DNA of 64,000 bases, from NCBI RefSeq assembly GCF_039654945.1, contig NW_027361699.1:21018001-21082000 (forward strand). The letters run 5' to 3'. Below the pieces are notes generated by a model. That model did no database searches and had not been told where the DNA came from. It saw nothing but the letters and a program-made list of their open reading frames with translations. Of the stretch, positions 48,419-62,600 are shown one piece after another (within the stretch, counting starts at the first letter, position 1; every line of letters starts with the position of its first letter). The stretch comes from Dendrobates tinctorius (Eukaryota). Made by a program: the position numbers and the translations under genes.

Positions 48419-49905
48419 TTAGAGTGTCCCGGCTCTAGCAGTCAGTTCAGAAGTTAGTGACATTTAGGTGGTGAAAAAACAATTTTTTATTCCTGCTATA
48501 CCACTTTGCATTAATTCCTGAAAATCACCTGAAGGGTTTATAAACTGACAGCAGTTTTCAATATGTCAGCGGGTGCTGTTTTTAAAATGGTATAATGTTT
48601 GGGGTTTTCCAATATATAGCACCCCCAAAGTCACTTCAATCCTGGATAGGTCCCTCAAAAAAAATAAATTTTGTAAATTTCCTTGAAAAAATGAAAAAAA
48701 TTACTGCTGCATTTTTAAACCTCCTAAAAAGCTAACAAAATAAATTGGCATTTAAAAAATGGTGCTAATGTAAACCAGACATGTGGGAAATGTTATTTAT
48801 TAATGTTTTTGTGTGGCATGACTATCTGGATTAAAGGGATAATCATGCAAAGTTTGAAAATTGCAATTTTTTTTTTACATTTTTGTCAAGTTTGATATTT
48901 TTTTTATAAACACAAAACATAGCAACCTAAATTTACCATTATCATAAATTATAATGTGCCATGAAAAAACAATCTCAAAATCAATGGGATTTGTTGAATT
49001 GTTCCAGTGTTATTACCACATAAAGTGACATTTGGTCAGAATTTTAAAAAAATTGGCCACGTCACTAAGGGGTTAAAACTATTTTTTGCATTGCTTCATT
49101 CCGAGAGCTATAACTTTTTTTCTGCTGATTAGCTGAAATACAGCTATTTTTTTTTTTGCAAGTCAAAATGATGTTTTCAACAATACCATTTCTATTTACA
49201 TTAGTCTTTTTGATCACGTTTTAGTCTACTTTTTGTTCAGCGGTATGATAAAAAAAAACATTTTTCGCCTTTTTTTGTTTAATGGTGTTTACTGAAGAGG
49301 TTTACTTGTGGGACAGTTTTATAGGTTGGGTCGGTCCGGACGATTCAATATGTGTACTTTTATTTGTTTTTTATAAAAATATTTTATGGGTACGATATAT
49401 ATGTATTTTTTTTTTTTTTATTTTGTGATTTTCTAAAAAAATATTTTTCCTTTGCTTTATTTTTAACTTTTTTTTACTTAGTCCTACTATGGGACTTTCA
49501 CTTTCAGCAATCAGATCGTAGTTCTAATGAATTGCAATGCACCAGAAGTGACAGTCTGCGCTCACACAAACATGTTAGATCATGATCAAACAAGTCTGGT
49601 AGAGCCTAGTGACCCGGATGCCATCATGACTACGTCGTGTCACCATGGCAACGATTAGACCTCCCCACGATGACAGAGTCCCCTCCCTCTGTCTGCCTTC
49701 TAAATGCTGTGACCTCCGCATTTAGGGGGGGTTAAAGTGCTGGGAACAGTGTGAGTGACGGGTGTCAACTGCCAGACTCAGCTGACACCTGGTGGCAATT
49801 GCTGGGAACCGTTGACACATTTCAGAGTTATTGCCACATAAAGTGACATGTCAGACTTTAAAAAAAAAAAAAACTCAGAAGAGAGAATGTGCTATCTAAA
49901 CTCAC

Positions 49906-50059
49906 CTCCAATATCCGAGTCACTGTCGTGTAAGGATGGAACATTAATGAGTGTCTGTCTGGCATCTCTCTGCACAACCAGTTGCAGCTTCCCTCGAGAC
50001 CTCTCAATTAGTTTCCGGGCATCACCTAAGGACATGTTCTCGGTTACTGTACCATTTAT
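49906..50059 (-). CDS. tjp2: ZO-2 exon (end of PDZ2)
   Basis: Manual translation [51 protein letters not shown]; acag / GTGAGT; 154 nt; not in ORF track in this frame. Confidence 0.95.
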
Positions 50060-50870
50060 CTGTGGCAAAGAGGGAGTAATGGGTTAGAGAACAGCACTAC
50101 TAAATTACAGTATATCCCATTAATACTTAGAGCTTTTTAATTAAGATGCAATACTAATCATGTCATTTATTAACTACGAAACTGTAGAAATTAAAAAAAA
50201 AAAAAAAAAAAGCAATAGAAATTCCATGTTACCTAAAATGGGTTTTCCTTTGTTGGAAAACTTTTTGCCATAGACTAAAAAAAAAAGTTATAAAACTGAG
50301 TAATACTAACCCTCCTCGGGTTCGGCGCTGGCTCTTCGACACTGTCCCAGTCTTTGTTTGACTGCAGCAATAGACACAAGCACCCGAGTTCAGTGGTTGG
50401 CTGCACCAATGTCAACATGACATCACCACTGCAGCCAAACAACAAAAACAGGGACATCAATATAGATTCTGCACTGGACCTGGGAAGGGTGAGTAATACT
50501 CAGTTTATTTTTTTTTTTCTAACTATTTCAGCATACTACAGAACATTATCTAACAGAGGACAATTCTATTAATCCCCTAAAGTTACTGCAATCTATAGTG
50601 AACAGTAGTATTTATTGTATAGCCTCATCAGACTTTTATTCTGCCTTAGAATATACCTCTGACAACATGATGTTCCAGTCACCTGACTGCTGCAGCCAAT
50701 CACACAGGGTCAATAGGTAAGAATGTTCGATTTTATTAAATTTAAACCCATCGGATGATTGCATTTGTTTACGGGGCCAGACAACTCAACTCATTCTGCA
50801 GTTTTCCATATACATAGCTTTTGCCACAAGCACCACATTACCAAACTCAATAGGTTGATTTACATATTAA

Positions 50871-52046
50871 CCCCTTCACGACATGCGGCGTACATGTACT
50901 GCGCATGTCGTGTCAGTCCCTTTGATGAGGGCTCCAGCACTGAGCCCACATCTTTCACGGCACATGTCAGCTATTTTCAACAGCTGACATATGTCTCTAA
51001 CAGCCGCGGGTAGAATCACGATCCACCCGCAGCTGTTAACCCGTTAACTGTCGCTGTCAATCTCTGACAGTGTCATTTAATGCGATCACGCCAGAAGCGC
51101 GTCACTAATTCCGCCCATCGGCGCTCGTGTCACCACCTGTGGTGTCATTGCCCAATTGTTATGAGCATCGCCCATTGGTCGGCGCTCATAGCAAGTGAGC
51201 ATTTATGCTACACACAGGCAATCTGATCATCACCTGTATGTAGCAGATGCGATCAGACAACTGCAGCTTCTAGTCTCCCACGGAAACTATTGAAGCATGC
51301 AAAAATTAAAAAAAAAAAAAGTTTTTAAAAATATTTAAAAAAAATGTAAAAAATAACGCAAAAGTTCAAATTAAAAATACACATATTTGGTATCGCCGCA
51401 TTCAGTATCACCCGATCTATCAATACATGGAAAGAATTTGTGAGATCAGTAAACGGCATAGCAAAAAAAGTCAAAACATCAGAATTACTACTTTTGGTCG
51501 CTGTAACAGTAACAGGCTATCAAAAGATCGTATCCACACCAAAATGGCATCAATAAAAATGTCAGCTCGGCACACAAAAAATAAGCCCTCACCCAACCCA
51601 AAATCACGAAAAATGGAGACGCTATGGGTATAGGAAAATGATACATTTTTTTTTTCTTTTTTAAACAAACTTTGGAATTTTTTTCACCATTTAAATATAA
51701 AAAACAACCTATACACGTTTGGTATATACAAACTCGCAATGACCTGAAAAATCATAATGGCAGATCAATTTTAGCATTTGGTGAGCATGGTAAAAAAAAT
51801 CCAAAACAGTTGTGGAATTGCACTTTTTTTTGCAATTTCACTGCAATTGGAATTTTTTTTCCGTTTTTGAGTACACGACATGGTAAAACCAATGGTGTTA
51901 TTCAAAAGTACAACTTGTACCGCAAAAAAACAAGCCCTCACATGGCCATATTGACGGAAAAAAAAAAAAAAAAAAAATTAAGGCTTCGGAAAGAAGAGGA
52001 GTGAAAAACAGAAACAAAAACGATAAAGGGCTCCATCATGAAGGGG
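50871..52046. mobile_element. non-autonomous piggyBac-like element
   Basis: TTAA|CCCCTTCACGA ... TCATGAAGGGG|TTAA. Confidence 0.88.
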
Positions 52047-52911
52047 TTAAAGGTGTTTTCTGCCCCAGGGAAAACGTTCTTCAAGCAGAGCAACTTGCTG
52101 AGTTCTAACAGTCTAGTATATACAACACTTAGGATTTGGTCCTACCAGCCAGCTTAAGTGGTCATCATTAGAGTTGAGCGAGTTTGTTTGGGTTACTGGA
52201 TCGCGCCGGATGATCAGCACCGCAGCTGCATGTGTTGCAGCTGTTTCAGTCACAGAACATGCATGAAGAGCCCAACAAACAGGTGTGATCCAGGTATCCA
52301 GGTTCCCTCTGCAGCTTATTCAGTAAGCACAATAGCTCGCCGAATAAGAGGGAACCCAAACAAATTTGCTCAACTCTAGTCATCATTGACCGCAAGTTCA
52401 AAATGTGCCAACTTTCAGTTACGTGCTAACTAGCTTCTCATCCGCTTCTCTCAATAGAGCATTCTCAATAAAACATTTTATACATGTGGTCACACAATAA
52501 CCAGTCCAACTGACTAACAGAGCCAAATGCTACCAGTGTGTACAGTATACTTTTCTAGTATTCAGCAAGCTGCACTGCTTGCTTACAGCTTACCTGGGAT
52601 GGAAACCCTATAAAGCCATACTACCCACTAGCAATATATTTTATGCTGCATAAAAATTCATTGCACCCAAGTCAACAGGTGATCGACAAACCGTTTACAC
52701 GGCTTATTCACTTATCATGCAGTGTAAATGCCAATTTTTATGCATGAGTTATAGGTGGATTTACAGATTAGATAGCTATCAGTGAACTATAGTTATTCCT
52801 CCAAACATGGGCAGCTGTGACAACTAGTAGAGTGCACATTGACATTCATTTACGGTACTGTGTATGGGCACTATCAATAAACCAGAGAGCTAAAAAGAAT
52901 CAACTATTCAC

Positions 52912-53015
52912 CTTAAGAACAATGTCTCCTTCGTGTAAATTGCCATCTCTCATTGCCAGTCCAATATCAGTCATCTCTTTAATAAATATTTGGCTTCCCA
53001 GCCGTAATCCATACT
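52912..53015 (-). CDS. tjp2: ZO-2 exon (PDZ2)
   Basis: [35 protein letters not shown]; acag / GTGAAT; 104 nt. Confidence 0.96.
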
Positions 53016-53625
53016 CTGTGATAAATAAAAGGCATAAAACATGATAAATATTTTTAATAAAATCAACACTGACAATACCCATCAGCTGTAGGCATAAAAC
53101 GTGAAAGGAACCCAAGAGTGTGTGCCAACACGACATGGATGAATCAGGAATCCGCCCCCTTACCACATATTATATTATTTGCTGGAGATAGTAGTCGTTC
53201 ACAAACTGACAAGTGGTGGATAGTGTTGTTAGTGTATGTAAAAAAAAAAAAAAATTATATATATAAATATATATTTATTATTTATTTATTTACAGACACT
53301 CACGCCACTATACACCAATTGTCACTTTGTGAACGACTGTACTATCTCCATCAAATATAAAGATTCTTGATAAAACAGGAAGAATCAGCCTATTCAAGGA
53401 CTCCGCATCCAGTGTGAAAACAGTATAATGTCAAGATATTGTAAATAGATACTTGAATGGAAATATACCAAACAATTTAAAATCAACTTTTACAAGAAAA
53501 ATATTTTGTTAAAAAATAGATAATTTTTTTGACCATACATTTGTCTAAAGCTAATGTAGGTTATATGGATACAAGAAACTGATACATGCACAGAAGTCAA
53601 GGCTTATTCTATGTAAAGTTATATA

Positions 53626-54068
53626 CAGTTGTCTGTATGAGTCCAGACCTGAATCCCATAGAACACCTGTGGAGAGATCTAAAAATGGCAGTTTGGAGAA
53701 GGCACCCTTCAAATATCAGGGACCTGGAGCAGTTTGCCAAAGAAGAATGGTCTAAAATTCCAGCAGAGCATTGTAAGAAACTCATTGATGGTTACCGGAA
53801 GCGGTTGGTCGCAGTTATTTTGGCTAAAGGTTGTGCAACCAAGTATTAGGCTAAGGGTGCCAATACTTTTGTCTGGCCCATTTTTGGCGTTTTGTGTGAA
53901 ATGATCGATGTTTTGCTTTTTGCTTCATTCTCTTTTGTGTTTTTTCATTTAAGACAAATTAAATGAAGATAATAATACCAAAGAATTTGTGTTTGCAATC
54001 ATTTTCAGGAAGAAACTGAGTATTATCTGACAGAATTGCAGGGGTGTCAATACTTTTGGCCACAACTG
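53626..54068 (+). mobile_element. Tc1 remnant (transposase C-terminus plus right TIR)
   Basis: [11 protein letters not shown]...KGCATKY; right end ggccacaactg|TA; left TA|cagttgt stub. Confidence 0.85.
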
Positions 54069-54224
54069 TACATGTTGTTCATAGTAGAGCAAGCACAAAG
54101 CGGTCACAATCTTAAATCAATGGAAAAAGATCCTGTTCAAAGTTGTATTCTACTAATAATTATCAAAATAATAGAAATAATCTACAAACTACAATATGCA
54201 AGGTCATTTACAGCATAGTCCTAC

Positions 54225-54825
54225 CTTCGTTTTGCTTCTTTTTGGAAAGTAAGACACTAATGGGTTTCTCTTGGCCCTTTTGGGCAGAATATCGTATTGG
54301 TTCAGGAGTTGGACTATGGGACTGAAGCCTATCTCGACTACGGTGAAGCACTTCTTTTTTACTCCTGTAATCGAGCTGAGATCTTCGGTTACCACCTCGA
54401 TCCGGACTATAATCTCCACTGTAACTCCGTTCAAAGGACTCTTCCCTGTCCACACTTTTTCCTCGATCTCTCCTATATTTCCGTTCTTCACTCAAATCTC
54501 GGTCAATACTTCTGCCTTGGCTTCTCTCTCTCTTGTATTCTCGGTCATCATCTAGGTTTCGTTCTCTACTCCTTCCACGAACAGGACCTGGGTCTCGGTC
54601 ATATGACCGACCTCTTTCTTGCTCCTTGCTATAGCCTCTGTCTGGACTAGAATCTCTACTGCGTCGACCATTGCCACTCTGCAAGCTTTCACTGTAACCA
54701 CTGTATGCACTCCTGTTATCAAGATGTCCATCATCATCCATGATATCAAATGCCCTAGAGTCAGGTTCAGGAGACGGAGTTTGCCTTAGTGCTGATACTT
54801 GTACTTTACGAGGTCTTTTCACCAC
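54225..54825 (-). CDS. tjp2: ZO-2 exon (Arg/Ser/Asp-rich linker and start of PDZ2)
   Basis: VVKRPRKVQV...SPTPEP...PISVLLSKKKQNE; acceptor atag, donor GTAGGA; 601 nt; RS-rich linker typical of ZO-2. Confidence 0.95.
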
Positions 54826-54868
54826 CTATTACCACAAAAAAAGAAAAATAGAGAGTGAAAAACTTTAA

Positions 54869-56463
54869 GGGTATGTTCCCATGGTCAGTAAACGCTGCGG
54901 GTTGGACGCTGCGTACATCCGTGCTGCATCCATGCAAAGACGCCTCTGGCTTACCTGCGGAAACGGACATGCAGCACGTCTTTCCAGACCGCAGCATGTC
55001 TATTTATGTAGCAGAGATGCTCTGTCTCTGCTGTGTAAATTACCCATACACTTTCATTGGATGCAATAAAACCACATTATATTCCTAATCACGTGCGTAT
55101 TAAGTGTGGAAATGCAGCTTACTACACGTGTACTAATTTAAATAATTGTGTACCTTGTTTTATCTGGAAGTTCACGTACAGTGCAATTCTCGCGATCAGT
55201 TCACGTGACCGCCAGGGATCGAGTTATCTACGGTGATCATCTTTAAGCTCAGCTGTGTTCTGCATGTGAGGCTGAATGGTGTCATAATGACACCCCGTTC
55301 AGCCAAAGGCATCCAGATGTAGCAGAGCTGGACTCGTCGTGGGACAGTATGTGTATCTTTTCAGCAGACAGGTAAAGAATATTGTTGCATTTTTATTTTA
55401 ATTCTCTTCCAGTAGACAAGGGCATCGGTGGAATAGGCGATGCAGTAAGTATGGTTTAATTAAGATCTATTAAAAGGAGTCTGTCATTATTTCATTTAAA
55501 ATACTTTATTCTGGCTGTGTCTTTATTTACCATATAATTATAGGATAAGTAATGGATAGGCGTCTTATAGACGCTTCTCCATTACTAAGCTGTGGGCTTG
55601 ATGTCACCTGACAATGCAAAAGTGACATCAACCCCACAAATATGAACCCCACTTGCCACCACTACAGGACAAGTGGGAATAGCCGGGTAAAGTGCCACAA
55701 TTGGCGCATCTTTGGATGTGGCAATTGTGGGGCGGCTGCGGGCAGCTATTTTAAGGCTGGTGAGGGCCCAAATACATGGGCCTCGCCAGCCTGAGAATAC
55801 CAAGCCACAGCTGTCTGCTTTTTCCTTGGCTGGTTAACAAAAATAGGGGGACTCCATGCTTTTTTTTTGTAGGGGATCCCACTATTTTTGCTAACCATCC
55901 AAGGTAAGCAGACTGATGCGGCCTGGTATTATCAGGCTGGTAAGGTTCAAGAATATTGGATCCTTACCAGCCTGAAATTCCAGTCCCAGTAGTATGCTTT
56001 ACTCTGGCTGGTTAACAAATATAGGGGGACCGTACGCCATTTTTTTTTTTTTTTATTATTATTTATTAAAAAGGAGGGGACCTCTCTCTGTACTTTACTC
56101 CATTTCCTGTGTTGTGTACTTCTGGCTGTGTCACAAGATTCATCATTATTCAAATTAGTACACGTGTAGGAAAGCTGTGTTCCCACACTGTGATTAGTAA
56201 GATAATGCGGTTTTACAGCATCTAATGAAAGTGTATGTGTAATTTACGCAGAGAAGACTGAGCGTCTCCACTACATATATTGACATGCAACGGTCTGGAA
56301 AGACGAACCGCATGTCCATCTCTGCAGGGAAGCCGCGGGCATCGGTACACGCATAGTGGGCATGGGATTTCTTAAAATCTCATTCACTATGCTGTAACAG
56401 CTGGACGCTGTGGTTGTACGCAGCGTCCAACCTGCAGAGTCTACTGACTGTGCGCACATACCC
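54869..56463. mobile_element. large Tourist-like non-autonomous element with long imperfect TIRs
   Basis: gggtatgt..cagtaaacgctgcgggttggacgctgcgtaca is the inverse of tgtacgcagcgtccaacctgcagagtctactgac..acataccc. Confidence 0.75.
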
Positions 56464-57186
56464 CAAATATATCTGCAAACAGGAAATCACCTTTTTTTTC
56501 CTTCCTAGAAGCCAACTTTCAATTAGCTTTATTTAGAGTGACAAAAAAAACAAAAAAAAAAAAAAAACACATGCAATGGAAAAAACGCATCAAAAACGCA
56601 TGCGGAAAAATACCTAAAAAATGCATGTAAAAACGCATCAAAAACCACAGGTGACCTGCCAGTGACATCAGGTTCAGATTTGGTGCAGATTTCACCTGTC
56701 TCAAATCCTGAACAAACACTGAGCCATTCCTGATCGTGTGCACATACCCTAATTCATCAAACATCTCACTGAAAGCAAAACTGGAGACAGGGACTGATGT
56801 GCTTGATAATATTTTCTTTAATGTGCAGTGGAGTGTGCTATATAAATGTCCAAAAACACATTAAAGGGGATTCCCGTAATTAAAACTTATCTCCTAACCA
56901 TACAACAGTGAAAAACATTGGGAGTCTGATCAGTGGGACCCCTTTGATCAAGAGACTGAGGCAAAAGTAAGCATAGGAAGCTGCTAGACTTATGGAGATC
57001 AGCAATTTTTCTCTTATCCTTAGATCGCAGATAGTTTTCAATTCAGGGAAAGGCCCTTTAAAAAATGATAGAAGTCTGGAGAAAACTGCTTGATTACATA
57101 ACAGGGTTTCTTCGATTTTTATTAGTAAGAATGTAACTAATGAAATTACCTCAGCTGTATACACAAAAACCCAATCCCCATCTTAA

Positions 57187-57730
57187 AGCGAAGCGGTCAG
57201 CAGTTTTGGCCGATATAAGATAAGCCTTGAAAGGCAGTGGCCGTATCTACAGCATTCTAACTCACCCGGGGGTGCGGTCCGGTCCGATGGGTATTGCGGG
57301 TCCGGCTCCTCCCATCTTCTTGCGATACCACCCTCCTGCTTGCTTCATGGTGCTCCGGCATTACGCTCCTACGCAGGCGTACTTATCTGCCCTGTTGAGG
57401 GTAGACCAAAGTACTGCAGTGCGCAGGCACCGGGAAAGGTCAGACATGCCCAGCGTCTGCACACTGCAGTACTTTCCTCTGCCCTCAACAGGGCAGATAA
57501 GTAGGCCTGCGCAGAAGCGCGATGCTGGGGAGTGATGAAGCAAGCAGGAGGGCGGCATCGCAAGAAGATGAGAGGCGCTGGATCCGGACCTGGGATACCC
57601 ATCGGACGGCCCCCCGAGTGAGTACAATAAAACTTATTTTTCTTATCTACAGCATTATATAATGCTCTAGATAAGCTCTGATAGGTGGTGTCTGAATCTT
57701 ATATCGGCCAAAACTGCCGACAGGTTCACT
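57187..57730. mobile_element. T2/Kolobok-like palindromic MITE
   Basis: TTAA|AG..gcagttttggccgatataagat ... atcttatatcggccaaaactgc..CT|TTAA. Confidence 0.85.
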
Positions 57731-59053
57731 TTAAAGATAGGCTAGTTACCAAACTTTCAGAGGAGGACACAGGACAAACGCTGCCTAACAACCTAAGCCT
57801 TTTCAAAGTGATTTTTAACAACTCACAAAAGAGAGGTCCCTTTGTTATTCCTGAGAAACAATCCTCAAAAGACAGGATTTCATTTTCTGATCATTCAAAA
57901 GTTCACTTTCACAGTCCAGAGCAGGATTTTTTTTTACCCCCCTCCAAAAAAAAAAGTTGATAAAATACTTTGATTAAAAACCAAATGTCTTAAATGATGT
58001 AGTGAAGACACACATTTTAAGCTGATTATAAAACAAACTTCTCAGAAAAGATTTCTGAAATCCACTGTCTTTCTTATAGAAGAAAAGGAAAACTGAACCA
58101 GGGCCAACCTATTTTTGGATTTAAAGGGTTTTTTCAGCAGCACTAGAGTGATGGCTTATCTCTGTGATAGGACATCATTATCAGATCAGTGGGAAGCCAA
58201 ATCTTGGCACCCAGGCCAATCTGCTGCTTGTAAAAGCCGAGATGTTTGTGTGAGCATTTACTGTACATTGCTCGTTCTACCTCTCACCTACTTATTAGCA
58301 GCCATGCTGAGAATTGCAGCATTGTAACATTCACTAGATTCAAGGACAATACTGCAACACTCTGCACTAGATCCCCACTGATTTGAAGCTGATGGACTCT
58401 CATAAGGATATGCCATCAATATTGCCATTCCTGAAAATAAGTAATTTTTATAATTGATGCATTTCAAACTCCATGCTGATTTAGATTACACAAGCCTTGA
58501 GCCCAGTGATTGTCTGCAGAGTTCAAATGTACTTCAGTTGTGACCTCACTACTGCAGCCTGCTTCCAAAGACATGTCGCTGGCGTAGTTGAGTAACAGCA
58601 GAGTTTATTACCTTCACTCAGCACAATGCAGCGGGTATACAAATACTATCCCTTTTAAAAGTATACCAAATTATTTTTCTCTATCAGTTTTAAACTGAGT
58701 AGGTTGTACCGATGGCAAGAAATAATGGCATGGCAGCCGATCAAGGAGCTGCAAGGAGCCAATTTGGTCATAGCACCTAGCCCTACCTCCTATCTGAGCT
58801 CCTAGCTTCTGGAGTTCATACTGACCAATGCATCTAGGGAGTTAAACAGCAGGTATCCATTATTTCTGACATTACATCACAAGCCTGGCTGTCAATTGCC
58901 AGGCTGCAGCAGTGACCACATGGGCACAGCTTCTAAGCTTGTATGGTCATGGTGACAAAGTAGGTGGATACATTACTTAAGCAGCTTTACCTACTATTAC
59001 GTCAAGGTGAGGGAAGGGGTTAAATAGAAATTAATCTAGCTTTGTAATCTTAC

Positions 59054-59156
59054 AATCACAGCAGTTTTTCCACACTTCCGTAACTGTTGCACTGCAAATG
59101 AATGCAAAACGTTATCCATAGATGTTCCATTAACCATGACCACGCGATCATTTTCT
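59054..59156 (-). CDS. tjp2: tight junction protein ZO-2 exon (C-terminal half of PDZ1)
   Basis: [34 protein letters not shown]; acceptor gcag at 59157-59160, donor GTAAGA; 103 nt. Confidence 0.95.
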
Positions 59157-59698
59157 CTGCAAAACAAAAGCACAGAAAAATCATTACTTAGAGGTATAAC
59201 ATACAGCAAAAAATGTACATATGACACAAAAAGTTGAATACTGGAGAATTACTTAGATAATATTTTACCATATGGTTGAGCTTTACCAAAACCTTGTAGA
59301 TGTTCCCTAACATGGAGGACAATCTTGTCCGTATTTCCTCTAGGAGTAAATCTTGGGAAACGTGGTACCAGGCAGGTTGGCCCCATGTTAAGCATGCCTA
59401 ATCATTTGTGCCAGCAGAAGATAAGAGTCTCCCGAGATCTTGGTGCAGAGATCTCCATCTGCGCATGCACCAACCCCGGCGGCCATTTTCCCGGAGTCCA
59501 CCACACAGGAAACCAAGGAACTGCGGGGACCCTGGCCTTTCACAAAACGTCAGCAGAGCCCCCACAGTACCGGAAACCCCCGCAGCACCGTCGGACACCC
59601 CATCATCCCAGCCTGCGGCCTGCAGCAACGCATTATAAGATGCATCCCCATTTTCCCCCCAAATTTGGGGGGAAAAAAATGTGCATCTTATAATCCGA

Positions 59699-62600
59699 AA
59701 ACATGGATTTTTGTGAGTACTCTCCGTAAAATCCTTTTCTCCGAGATGCTCATTGGGGGGGGACACAGACTGTGGGTGTATGCTACTGCCGTCTGGAGGC
59801 CGACACTAAGTATACAAAAAACAAGTTAGCTCCTCCTCCGCATACACAATCGCCCTGATAGAGGGCGGAAACCAGTTTAGTGCAAAAGCAGTAAGAGAAC
59901 ATAATAAATTAGCCTTAACGCCGAAAATCAAATGTCTGAAAAAGGACCACCCTACATTAAACAAGGAATTCTACTAATCAAATAAACAAGAGCCAACTGG
60001 CTATCAGGGTTGGTGCTGTGTCCCCCAATGAGCGTCTCGGAGAAAAGGATTTTACGGCGAGTACTCACAAAAATCCATGTTTCTCCTTCGTCTCATTTGG
60101 GGACACAGAGACTGTGGGACGTCCTAAAGCAGTCCCTGGTGGGAGCAACTCACCAGTCCAGACCGCATGCCCCCCTGTCTAAAGGTGTGCCACTGCTGCC
60201 TGGAGAATTTTCCTACCCAGGCTCGCATCTGACGAAGCCCGAGTATGTACATTGTAATGCTTAGAAAAAGTGTGCAGGCTTGACCAGATTGCCGCCTTGC
60301 ATACCTGCTCTGCCGAAGCCTGGTGCCAAAGCGCACAAGAGGTGCCCACTGCCCGAGTAGAGTGCGCCCCTATTCCCGGTGGAATCGGCGTGCCTCTGAT
60401 ACGGTAAGCCTCCTGAATAGTTAGACAAATCCATCTGGCTATGGTCGACCGTGAGGCTGCGAGCCCCTTCCTGCGCGCTTCGGGGATCACAAACAACGAG
60501 TCTGTCTGGCGAAAAGGTGCTGTCCTCGACACGTACCTCCTGAGAGCTCTTACCAGGTCTAAAGTGTGGAGCGCCCTTTCCACTCTGTGTACTGGCGCTG
60601 GACAAAACGAAGGTGGAACAATGTCCTCATTAATATGGAAAGAGGACACGACCTTCGGCAGAAAGGGCGGTGGTGGCCTAAGGACTACCTTATCCTTAAA
60701 AAAAAGTCAGAAACGGAGCTCTACAAGATAGGTCTGCCAACTCCGAGACCCGCCTAATGGAAGTTATGTCTACCAAGAATACAACCTTCCTGGAAAGGTA
60801 TGACAATGAGATTTCTTGTAACGGCTCAAAAGGAGTTTCCTGCAGGACACCCAGAACCAGGTTAAGGTCCCAGGCGTCCATGGGCACTCTAAAGGGGGGC
60901 ACCAAATGAGAGACCCCGTGAATGAACGTCTTGACCTGTAAATTGGTAGCGATCTTTCGCTGGAAAAGGACAGACAAGGCCGATATCTGTCTCCTCAGGG
61001 AACTCCTGCGTCTAGACCTGACTGCAGAAAAGCCAGAATGTTGGGAACCGAGAAGGACAATTGCACAACCCCGTGTTCTCGACACCAGTGAAAGAAAACC
61101 TTCCAAGTGTTATGATAAACCCTCGCCGAGGCCGGCTTCCGGGCGCTAACCATCGTAGCAACCACCTCACGCTCAAACCCCGCCTGGGTCAGAATCCAAG
61201 ATTAAATGGCCATGCCGTCAAACACAGGGCCCCTAAGTTCGGGTGGTAGATCGGCCCCTGGTCGTTCCGGCAGACGCCAAAGTACGTCTGCGAGAAGCTG
61301 CACTAGATCCGCGTACCATACTCGATGGGGCCAGTCTGGGGCCAGCAGAATTGCCGGGACCCCCCCTGTCTTGATCTTTCTGATGACCCTCGGGAGAAGT
61401 GGCAGTGGGGGAAACAGGTATGGGAGCCGAAACTGGTTCCATGGTATGACCAACGCATCCACTGCGATTACTCACGGGTCCTGAGACCGAGCGACAAACG
61501 TGCCCACTTTGGCGTTCTCCCTGGAGGCCATCAGATCCACGTCCGGAGTCCCCCACCGTTGGCAAATCTGCTGGAAGACCTCGGGGTGCAGGGACCATTC
61601 CCCGGCCGCGACACCTTGCCGGCTTAGGAAATCTGCTGCCCAATTTTCCACGCCTGGTATGTGAACTGCTGAGATTACCGAGTGGTGCCTCTCGGCCCAA
61701 CGGAGTACATGCTCTATCTCGCGCATGGTTGCCCTGCTGCGCGTGCCTCCCTGGTGATTCACGTACGCCACTGCCGTGGCGTTGTCTGATTGAATCTAGA
61801 CTGGGCGTCCTGCTAGCAAGTGCCGAAAATGCTGCAGTGCCAACCGCACCGCTCGAATCTCCAACAAGTTGATAGGGAGATGTGCCTCCTGAGGCGACCA
61901 TTGCCCCTGGGCCGTGTGATTGCGGAAGATTGCCCCCCAACCGAAAAGGCTCGCATCGGTTGTGATCACCAACCATTGATCTGGGGGAAAGGGCTTCCCC
62001 TGACGAAAAGAGGAGTCGCACGTCCACCATTGAAGTGCCCGTCGGACTTGAGAGGACAACCTGCACTGATGATCGAGCGAGAACGGACTCCTGTCCCAAG
62101 ACACTAAGAGATCATGCTGCAGGGGACGAAGATGAAATTGAGCAAAAGGAATTGCTTCCATCGCCGCCACCATCCTCCCTAGAACCCTCATCCCGAATCG
62201 GATAGTGTGAGGGCCTGGTTGTTGAAGACATCGAACTCCCTGCTGGAGCGCCCGAGCCTTGTCCTGAGGAAGAATTACCAACCCTCGGGAAGTGTCGCAA
62301 ATCATCCCTAGGAATAGAATCCTCTGAGCTGGGGTAAGGGATGACTTCTTCCCGTCACCAACCATCCTAGGCGAGATAGGGTATCCAGTGTGACACTGAC
62401 ATTCTCCTCGCATGCCCGAAAGGACGGACCCTTTACTAAGAGGTCGTCTAAGTACGGCAAAACCACTATGCCCCGAGAATGTAGAATGGCCATGACGACA
62501 GCCATCACTTTCGTGAATATCCTGGGGGCCGTGGCCAACCCGAAAGGTAGGGCCACAAATTGGAAATGCCGCCCATCGATTGTAAACCGCAGGAACTTTT

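Larger units (their letters stand above)
35165..49875. mobile_element. nested stack of non-autonomous TTAA piggyBac-like elements
   Basis: TTAA|CCCCT starts at 35165, 36162, 36531 and 44941; AAGGGG|TTAA ends at 40944 and 49072; flanks rejoin across each insertion. Confidence 0.75.

Noticed and set aside
10795-59156. Assignment to tjp1 or tjp3
   Set aside because: RS-rich linker, DISEIESNRS and MGAxPTPFK motifs fit ZO-2
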